DNA of 34,249 nt, taken from positions 1 to 34,249 of IMG/VR virus record IMGVR_UViG_3300032295_001046, one strand, 5' to 3'. The notes under the pieces were generated by a model. The model searched no databases. It was given only the letters and a program-made list of their open reading frames with translations, and was not told the DNA's origin. A program made the position numbers and the translations under genes. This DNA comes from a virus. Its lineage: Duplodnaviria; Caudoviricetes. Below, one piece after another: positions 16,597-22,804 of this stretch; positions within the stretch are counted from its first letter, which is position 1, and every line of letters starts with the position of its first letter.

Positions 16597-17025
16597 TTAG
16601 TTGGTTAGTTTTCTGATTAAAATTAGGATTAAAAGGATAAATAATAAAGAGACAATGAATCCCGATTTAAAATTGTCAAGGAAATGGCGTTTATTTGGCT
16701 TGTAATACACTTTCTCTTTTATTTGATGGCTTACTATTGTATCGTGTTTTAAAAGCGTTAAATTCAAAGTTTTCTCCTTCCACTTAACTACGGTTTTAAC
16801 TTCGACCCCATCTTTAATGATTGTGAATGTGTCTACTAATGTGATTGAATCGGATTTAAAAATAGTGTCGACCTTGAATCCTTGAATAGTGTCGTGAACC
16901 CATCTTGTCGTATCGCCTAAATAATGGTGTTTCATTAGCCAATTCATTTTGTTATTGGCTCGTTTGTCATTTAGCGTTTGGCATGATGCCAATACTAAGG
17001 CTAAAATTAAAATTAGTTTATTCAT
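16597..17025 (-). CDS. Lipoprotein with C-terminal TM helix: unimolecular-spanin architecture (start MNKLIL at 17025)
   Basis: Signal peptide with lipobox LASC, beta-rich middle, C-terminal GFIVSLLFILLILILIRK. Confidence 0.65.
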   Translation of the reverse strand: MNKLILILALVLASCQTLNDKRANNKMNWLMKHHYLGDTTRWVHDTIQGFKVDTIFKSDSITLVDTFTIIKDGVEVKTVVKWKEKTLNLTLLKHDTIVSHQIKEKVYYKPNKRHFLDNFKSGFIVSLLFILLILILIRKLTN

Positions 17026-17064
17026 ATTAGTTGTTTTCGTTATGCCAGTTGTCGTAGTCGTCAA

Positions 17065-17406
17065 TCATTTGCCTATTGATTTTGGTTTTAAATATGTTTG
17101 TTCAAAGTCTTTAGCGAAGTCCAAAGTCTTGTTGATTTGATATAGGGATTGCTTGTCGATGCTTTCAATATCGTTAATAGATTTTTTAATATAATCCACT
17201 ATGCTTTTAGGCTTCGCCTCTTCAAGTGCTTTAGCCACATCGTCCCAATATAAACTTGATTCAATGCTTTGGGGTTGTTCTAATTGCAACTCAACATATA
17301 ATAAAGCGGATTCCTTAGCGATTTTAAAAGCGTCTAAATGATTATAGTTTAACTTATACTTATCGATTAAGTACAAGGCCATCTCTTCGCTCGTTTTGTT
17401 TCTCAT
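17065..17406 (-). CDS. Hypothetical protein; N-terminal half paralogous to the 13686-14140 genes
   Basis: AKESALLYVE...YWDDVAKAL. Confidence 0.7.
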   Translation of the reverse strand: MRNKTSEEMALYLIDKYKLNYNHLDAFKIAKESALLYVELQLEQPQSIESSLYWDDVAKALEEAKPKSIVDYIKKSINDIESIDKQSLYQINKTLDFAKDFEQTYLKPKSIGK

Positions 17407-17609
17407 TTTATTAAGCGTTTAATTGTTAGTGGTAGTTTATTATTGTTTAGGCAGTCCTTAATTGTAGACTTTGACACATTGCAAAAGGCTAAATAGTCAA
17501 CATCCCCGAAATGAAATGTATATCTCCATTCGTGTTCCTCTATTTTAACCAATTTATATTTGGTTTGCAAAGCTTCAATAAGTGTTTGAATGTATAATTG
17601 CTCAGTCAT
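17403..17609 (-). CDS. Hypothetical protein
   Basis: 68 aa, coupled to neighbours. Confidence 0.6.
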   Translation of the reverse strand: MTEQLYIQTLIEALQTKYKLVKIEEHEWRYTFHFGDVDYLAFCNVSKSTIKDCLNNNKLPLTIKRLIK

Positions 17610-17736
17610 TTACTACTATAAATTTAACGCCGTCAATCTCCTTTACTTTTACTTTATTCTTTTTGATTAGGTCATACGCCCACTGCGTAGTCTTACCTTT
17701 ATCAGTCGCAAAATTCCTTACTGTTCTCAATTTCAT
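17602..17736 (-). CDS. 44-aa HTH (Cro/Xis-like) DNA-binding protein, probably leaderless
   Basis: MKLRTVRNFATDKGKTTQWAYDLIKKNKVKVKEIDGVKFIV; ATG 4 nt after a -7 element. Confidence 0.7.
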   Translation of the reverse strand: MKLRTVRNFATDKGKTTQWAYDLIKKNKVKVKEIDGVKFIVVND

Positions 17737-17740
17737 TTTG

Positions 17741-17771
17741 CAAATTTAAAAGTTTAAAGTGTAAAATCAAA
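17741..17771 (-). promoter_or_regulatory. Promoter TTTG-N19-TAAATTTG with putative operator in its spacer (17753-17767)
   Basis: Exact Bacteroidota consensus; spacer element repeated at the early promoter. Confidence 0.65.
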
Positions 17772-17780
17772 ATAAATTTA

Positions 17781-17815
17781 AAACAAAAAAGAAAACCTCA
17801 CCATTTCTGATGAGG
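17781..17815 (-). terminator. Intrinsic terminator CCTCATCA-GAAA-TGGTGAGG-TTTTCTTTTTT
   Basis: 8-bp stem (one G-U), GAAA loop, U tract. Confidence 0.8.
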
Positions 17816-17848
17816 CCTTCTAACACCTTAAACATTTACATTATGTCC
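17785..17848 (-). ncRNA. Candidate ~65-nt trans-acting antisense sRNA against early-gene start regions
   Basis: Bounded by TATATTTG (17851-58) and the terminator; CATAATGTAAATGTTTAAGGT is complementary to four early translation initiation regions. Confidence 0.55.
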
Positions 17849-17850
17849 TA

Positions 17851-17858
17851 CAAATATA
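17851..17858 (-). promoter_or_regulatory. Bacteroidota -7 element TATATTTG for the candidate sRNA
   Basis: TAnnTTTG 9 nt after the endolysin stop, with no ORF downstream. Confidence 0.5.
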
Positions 17859-17867
17859 GTCTTTAAA

Positions 17868-18521
17868 TCATTTCAGATTCTTTAACATTTCAACAATTTT
17901 AGGCTGTGGGGAGATGTCTATTTTATCCTTTCTAACTGAGTTATGTGTGTACACTCCAGCTTCACCTTTAAAAGCCCTCATCGTTATGCTCCAAATGTCT
18001 TCGTTATAAGTTAAGGGAATCGAATACTTGTCTTTAAAATGGATTAATAATTGTCTGACGCTTTCGATTTGTGCATCTGTATAGGCGTGGAAGTATTTGT
18101 GTCCTTTATATTCAGTTCCCAGTTCGCAAACTTCTGACGCTGGGACTTCCTTATTTACATAGTTGTAATACTTTCCGTCTTTAAGGGTTAATTGTCCCCA
18201 GTTGCAAATCTCAATACCTATACTTATCTTATCCAAAGAAACATAAGGCACTCCGATTTGACCGAAGACCTCCTTTTTAACGCCTAAATGGTAAGCCCAA
18301 TACTCTGACTTATACCCTTGAATTATTTCGCCATCGATAGCACTAGCACCTTTGCCACTTATTACTACACATGTGGCTATTCTTTCTTGATTATTTGCCC
18401 ATCCTTTGTAGACTAACTCTCCGTTGTAATTACCTGCCGTATGGTGTAGGTATATTTGCTTCTTTTGGATAGCATCAGCAAAGAAGTTTGAAGCACTAAA
18501 TGGAATCGTTTTTATTTTCAT
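17868..18521 (-). CDS. Endolysin, N-acetylmuramoyl-L-alanine amidase (Amidase_2)
   Basis: YLHHTAG, AYHLG, SIGIEI, YTDAQ, THNSVRKDKIDISP; next to holin-like genes. Confidence 0.9.
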   Translation of the reverse strand: MKIKTIPFSASNFFADAIQKKQIYLHHTAGNYNGELVYKGWANNQERIATCVVISGKGASAIDGEIIQGYKSEYWAYHLGVKKEVFGQIGVPYVSLDKISIGIEICNWGQLTLKDGKYYNYVNKEVPASEVCELGTEYKGHKYFHAYTDAQIESVRQLLIHFKDKYSIPLTYNEDIWSITMRAFKGEAGVYTHNSVRKDKIDISPQPKIVEMLKNLK

Positions 18522-18711
18522 CCTTTTTAAACTTTTCTATTGTGGTGAATCCTAAAGCTAATATGACTATCCATTCAACTGCCTCGATAATCTCTTTGCT
18601 CGGTGAAACAAATAGCTTTACAAATAACAATAAAGCCCCTAAGATACCTACGAATCTTTTAGAGCTTAGTTCTCCTTTGTCGCCTGTAAATATCTCTATT
18701 AACTTTCTCAT
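18496..18711 (-). CDS. Putative holin (2 TM)
   Basis: SSKRFVGILG.. two hydrophobic helices, charged tail, overlaps the endolysin start. Confidence 0.65.
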   Translation of the reverse strand: MRKLIEIFTGDKGELSSKRFVGILGALLLFVKLFVSPSKEIIEAVEWIVILALGFTTIEKFKKDENKNDSI

Positions 18712-18839
18712 CTACAACGGCCTTGACCTCTATAAGCCTTACAAGGTTTATTCTTTTTTGAATGTATACCTTTGTTATTCTTTTTAGGTTTAATCCTAAA
18801 TGCTTTTAGTACATCTACCTTACTTCCTTTTTTTGCCAT
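18708..18839 (-). CDS. 43-aa highly basic peptide ending ...KAYRGQGRCR
   Basis: MAKKGSKVDVLKAFRIKPKKNNKGIHSKKNKPCKAYRGQGRCR; ATGA-coupled to the holin. Confidence 0.65.
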   Translation of the reverse strand: MAKKGSKVDVLKAFRIKPKKNNKGIHSKKNKPCKAYRGQGRCR

Positions 18840-19029
18840 TGCTTTTCAAATCTTTTAAAAAACTAACCAATAACGCTGAAATCAACGAAGCACTAATCGA
18901 AAATATAAAACCAGTTATTTTGTCCGCCCAATTTATGTTCATGTGGACAAGCATACAACTTGAAAAAGCTGTTATAACTTCAAGGTTATTATATAGTTCA
19001 TGTGCCTGTTTTAACATTAATTGTCTCAT
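18820..19029 (-). CDS. Small membrane protein, holin/antiholin-like
   Basis: Two hydrophobic segments and a basic C-terminus, in the lysis region. Confidence 0.55.
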   Translation of the reverse strand: MRQLMLKQAHELYNNLEVITAFSSCMLVHMNINWADKITGFIFSISASLISALLVSFLKDLKSNGKKRK

Positions 19030-19088
19030 ACTAAAAGTGAAACTACAAAGGCTACGACTTCCTCAAGCTTGTGATAAATTTTATTCAT
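19026..19088 (-). CDS. Possible 20-aa hydrophobic peptide MNKIYHKLEEVVAFVVSLLV
   Basis: Overlaps both neighbours; resembles the N-terminus of 18820-19029. Confidence 0.35.
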   Translation of the reverse strand: MNKIYHKLEEVVAFVVSLLV

Positions 19089-19305
19089 TGATTGGAGTCG
19101 GTGGAATTGGTGGGACATACTCAACAAATGGGCAATCTAAAATCCACGCCCATTCTGAATTTGTTATTATTACGATGTCATCAGCTGACAAAAATGTGAA
19201 CCAATCTGCGTTAATATCTTGAACGCAATTGAAGTATTGGTCAGGGGCGTACATTACGCCTTGAATTGAATTTTTTTGATTTATAGTTAATTTATATCCG
19301 TCCAT
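19081..19305 (-). CDS. Hypothetical protein (possible fibre chaperone)
   Basis: 74 aa after the fibre gene; FNCVQDINADWF, Pro-rich end. Confidence 0.65.
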   Translation of the reverse strand: MDGYKLTINQKNSIQGVMYAPDQYFNCVQDINADWFTFLSADDIVIITNSEWAWILDCPFVEYVPPIPPTPINE

Positions 19306-19308
19306 AGT

Positions 19309-21390
19309 TTATACTTGTCTTGATAGTGAAGTTTGGAATTTATTTACCGCAGTATATAAGTTGGCTGATTCCGTATCGCTAAAGCCATCACCAATATAAG
19401 CAAAGGCACTTTCTTTGTTTGAATATTCCCCAACAGTTCCAGAATAATTCACCGCACCTAAATAAAATTTATTGCTTGGCAAAGTACCCGTTTGCGTAGT
19501 TAATAAAGATGCAATCGAGCTACCATTTTTATATAGCTTTAAACTTGAATCGCTAATCCTTGAAACATTGTACAAGCCTTGTGAGTTAGCATTTGCAACA
19601 GTCGCTGGATTTGTATTATAAGAATATCCTTCAGCATTACCGCTTGAGTTTTTAGTTCTTAAATACATTAATTGAGTACCTGAACTACCGACCGCCATTT
19701 CAGTTGCACTTGGGCTTTGTGATGAATTTGTTCTTGAGTAATACCCGAAACTTGTATTGTTTAAAGTTAATGCAGTTGACGGAATCAAGAAACTATCCGC
19801 ATAAGCATTAGCACCGTTTGGCAAAGCACCAGTTGAGCTATGTGTCCACGCCCCACTAAATGCAAGCCTATAAGCCGCATCCAAGTCCCTTGGGTCTTTT
19901 AAGTTCCATTTGTGAGTTGTTGCAGTGCCACCAACAAAAGGATAAATGGCCTTCATTTTAGCCCATAATCCGTAGGTTTTTAAGTCAGTTACTAAAGTGT
20001 TTACTGCATTGGCTTGTGTTTGGTCTGTAATTACCGCAGCATTTAAAAAGGCTTGAGCATTTGCATCACTTACAACAGGCACGCCTACATATCTGCTTAA
20101 TTCTTGTTGGTAGGTTTGTATTGTAGTATATAAATTAGCCATCTCAGAATCAGTCAAACCATTACCAATAGTTGCAAAAGCTGTTTGAGAGTTTGAGTAA
20201 CTTGATGGCGAACTTCCCCCAATATTTGCAGCACCCATATACAAATTGTAATTGCCTAAAGTCCCATTGTCTGTGGTTGTGTTATTGGCTACACTTACAC
20301 CATTTAAATACAAATCTCTTCTTGTATTAGCAACAGATGACCCCGATAACAAACCAGTCGGAGCAGTTGCAACGCTTCTTGATGCTAATGCAGTATAAGA
20401 GTAATAATATATATTTAAACCTGTGCTTGATTTTGATTGAATAACAAAACCAACATTATTGTTTGTGTAGTTACCAATTTCCGCAGGGTCAGCAGTTGTT
20501 GCAGCTGTTCTTGCATAGTAAGACAAATGAGCTGAAGCCGTTGTCAAACCATTAGCAACTGGATTAAAGTAGGTATTTGTGTAAGCATTCACACCATTTG
20601 GCGTTGCACCTTGTTTACTATATGTCCAAGTACCGTTGAACGCTAATCTAAAAGCAGCGTCAAGGTCTCTGGCGTCTTTAAGGTTATATTTGAATTGAGA
20701 AACAAATCTGTTGGCTGGGGTTGTGGCTATTGGTTGGTAGGTAGTTGCAGTTGCTGATGTTTCAGCTTGCGCACCCCATAAATATAAATAATCACCAGTA
20801 TTTGCACCTACATAAAATCTTATTTGAGTAGTTGTAGCAATATTTTGAACCCCTAGTCTATACCATCCATTGCCTACGCTTGTAATAAAAGGGGTAAACC
20901 CTGAACCACTCACAATGTTATAAGTACCTAAAGTTAAATCAAATTGGACATTGCAAGTTGTTCCAAGATTAAGTATAGTTAATTTGTCATAATTACCTTT
21001 TTTAGCATATATAGAAAATGAGGTATTTGATAATGTGATACTTAATTCAATATCCTTATTACCAGTTGCACTTGCAGTTAGTCTGTCAGCCGTTAAAGTT
21101 CCGTCGGGGGCAGTAGTATCATTTGCTATTACAGTTGCTCCATTTTTAGGCCAAAAAGCGTTGCTAAAATCTTCAGTATAGCTAAATAAATTTATTGTAT
21201 CAGAAACAAAAGGATAGATAGCTTTCATCTTAGACCATAGGCCGTATGATTTAAGATTCTTAACTAAGTTATTTACTGCTGTTTTTTCAGTCGTTCCTGT
21301 TAGGCCAGTAGCGTTAATAAACGCCAAAGCATTTGCGTCATATAATGACACATTCTTACGACCATTAACCCCTATACCTAAGCTTAGCAT
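19309..21390 (-). CDS. Tail fibre / receptor-binding or decoration protein with duplicated lectin-like domain
   Basis: 693 aa, Ala/Thr/Gly/Asn/Ser-rich; internal repeat LW.KMKAIYPFV...NLKD.RDLDAA.RLAF. Confidence 0.7.
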   Translation of the reverse strand: MLSLGIGVNGRKNVSLYDANALAFINATGLTGTTEKTAVNNLVKNLKSYGLWSKMKAIYPFVSDTINLFSYTEDFSNAFWPKNGATVIANDTTAPDGTLTADRLTASATGNKDIELSITLSNTSFSIYAKKGNYDKLTILNLGTTCNVQFDLTLGTYNIVSGSGFTPFITSVGNGWYRLGVQNIATTTQIRFYVGANTGDYLYLWGAQAETSATATTYQPIATTPANRFVSQFKYNLKDARDLDAAFRLAFNGTWTYSKQGATPNGVNAYTNTYFNPVANGLTTASAHLSYYARTAATTADPAEIGNYTNNNVGFVIQSKSSTGLNIYYYSYTALASRSVATAPTGLLSGSSVANTRRDLYLNGVSVANNTTTDNGTLGNYNLYMGAANIGGSSPSSYSNSQTAFATIGNGLTDSEMANLYTTIQTYQQELSRYVGVPVVSDANAQAFLNAAVITDQTQANAVNTLVTDLKTYGLWAKMKAIYPFVGGTATTHKWNLKDPRDLDAAYRLAFSGAWTHSSTGALPNGANAYADSFLIPSTALTLNNTSFGYYSRTNSSQSPSATEMAVGSSGTQLMYLRTKNSSGNAEGYSYNTNPATVANANSQGLYNVSRISDSSLKLYKNGSSIASLLTTQTGTLPSNKFYLGAVNYSGTVGEYSNKESAFAYIGDGFSDTESANLYTAVNKFQTSLSRQV

Positions 21391-21665
21391 TAGTGTAAAA
21401 CGACAGAACCTGAAGTCAATTTAATTGAAGAGAAGTCTCTACCGCTTTCAGCTAATAAAACTACGCCAACGGCAATAGAGTTACCTGCTAAATTCATGTA
21501 TCCTGAAGCTGCCACATTTACTGCGGGAGCATCTGAATAATAAAGCTCTGCAATGACGGTTGCTTCGTTCATTTGAATAGAATTAAATTGTCTTGTATAG
21601 GTTGAAGTTCCGGAAACGAATCTCGCTCCTTTTGCTCCTGAAACTGTTTCTTGTAAAGTTGCCAT
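21390..21665 (-). CDS. Small virion structural protein
   Basis: 91 aa, beta-rich, ends SIKLTSGSVV; preceded by a late promoter. Confidence 0.6.
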   Translation of the reverse strand: MATLQETVSGAKGARFVSGTSTYTRQFNSIQMNEATVIAELYYSDAPAVNVAASGYMNLAGNSIAVGVVLLAESGRDFSSIKLTSGSVVLH

Positions 21666-21672
21666 ATATTTA

Positions 21673-21699
21673 TATTATATTGTTTTTGTTATTAGTTAC
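21673..21699 (-). promoter_or_regulatory. Putative late promoter GTA-N14-CAATATAATA
   Basis: Motif copy with one core mismatch. Confidence 0.6.
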
Positions 21700-22153
21700 A
21701 AACTATCGTGTTATTTGTTATTTGAGCCGTTTGAGGCACTGCGCACTCATTATAATCGAATGGAACTACTAAAGTGATAGTCATTAAGTTCCCACAAACA
21801 TCGTCTTTAAAACGCTCAATAAATGGGGTTATACTTGAAGTTTGGGTTAAGTCTACATCATCTAAAAAATTAAAGCTTGCTAATACATCTAAACAGATTT
21901 GGAAAGTATCGCTCTCAACTTCGACTTTATTAGCTTGGCCGTCTTGAAGTCTATCAGCTACTAAAATATTATAGTTGTAGCTTATGTCTCTGCCGTCCAC
22001 ATTGCAAGGGATTGGTTGAACCCATAACAATGGATATTCAGTCGCTTCACTTGCACTTATCTCCCACAAATCACCGTAACCAAAGTCTTTGATTTGGTAG
22101 TGATTAGAGGCAAAATCCTCGAAGTATTTTTTGATTATGTTTTTAGTAATCAT
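21692..22153 (-). CDS. Putative tail terminator protein
   Basis: GDLWEI...YPLLWV...PFIERF..VCG; follows the adaptor gene. Confidence 0.6.
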   Translation of the reverse strand: MITKNIIKKYFEDFASNHYQIKDFGYGDLWEISASEATEYPLLWVQPIPCNVDGRDISYNYNILVADRLQDGQANKVEVESDTFQICLDVLASFNFLDDVDLTQTSSITPFIERFKDDVCGNLMTITLVVPFDYNECAVPQTAQITNNTIVCN

Positions 22154-22230
22154 TTTTTAGTCGCTATATAAGCCATTAACTTTTGTAAGTTCTTTTTGCT
22201 TATTGTTTTATTCCCTTGTTTTTTGTCCAT
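22150..22230 (-). CDS. 26-aa basic peptide MDKKQGNKTISKKNLQKLMAYIATKK
   Basis: Exactly fills the gap; ATGA-coupled to the next gene. Confidence 0.5.
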   Translation of the reverse strand: MDKKQGNKTISKKNLQKLMAYIATKK

Positions 22231-22231
22231 A

Positions 22232-22798
22232 TTAGCAGTCTTTACAGTAAGGCCATAGTTTTCTGTACTCGTTGTCTCTTCTTCTATTTCCTAAGTAGAA
22301 TCCAGTTGAATAAGTAGGGTATTGACTCGCTACATCTTGAGCTTTTGTATTACCACTTGCCCATAATGGATAGGTAGAACTGTTCTCTGTTAAATAACCG
22401 TTCAAACGCTTAGCGTAAAACTCAGCCATTCTGCCCCACTTCTGTTCGATTAAATCCAATTCTCTTTGAGAAACTGGGTTTTGATTTTCGCTATTCTGAG
22501 TTACTACTCCTTTGTTACTAAAACGATAGTTGAATACAATAGCACCTTCAGCAATAGTAGCGTTAATAATAAAGTCTCTAATGTACTCGTTAAGTAGAGT
22601 AAGATTCGCAGCTGTTATTGAACTCGCATTAATCTGTGTGCAAATCTCATTGTACAAATCAGAACCTAAAATCTGTTGAAGTTGGATGTCTTGAACCATC
22701 AAGATGGTTTGACTAATTAATTTATCATCGACATTATTCTCAAGTACACCATATTTTTTTATGGTTGATGCCGATACGAATAGGGGTTTAAGTGCCAT
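22232..22798 (-). CDS. Putative head-tail adaptor
   Basis: NVDDK..QDIQLQQILGSDLY..SNKGV..AEFY; directly after the portal. Confidence 0.65.
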   Translation of the reverse strand: MALKPLFVSASTIKKYGVLENNVDDKLISQTILMVQDIQLQQILGSDLYNEICTQINASSITAANLTLLNEYIRDFIINATIAEGAIVFNYRFSNKGVVTQNSENQNPVSQRELDLIEQKWGRMAEFYAKRLNGYLTENSSTYPLWASGNTKAQDVASQYPTYSTGFYLGNRRRDNEYRKLWPYCKDC

Positions 22799-22804
22799 TT
22801 CTTA

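Noticed and set aside
17026-17064. MTTTTTGITKTTN N-terminal extension of the lipoprotein
   Set aside because: The signal peptide and lipobox geometry fit the downstream ATG at 17025 better.
17843-17866. + strand micro-ORF MSYKYSL with a good-looking start region
   Set aside because: Only 7 codons and no + strand promoter seen; better explained as the complement of the candidate antisense sRNA.
19309-21390. Diversity-generating retroelement TR/VR pair in the fibre gene
   Set aside because: No reverse transcriptase is present, and the repeats are diverged protein-domain duplicates, not adenine-specific variants.
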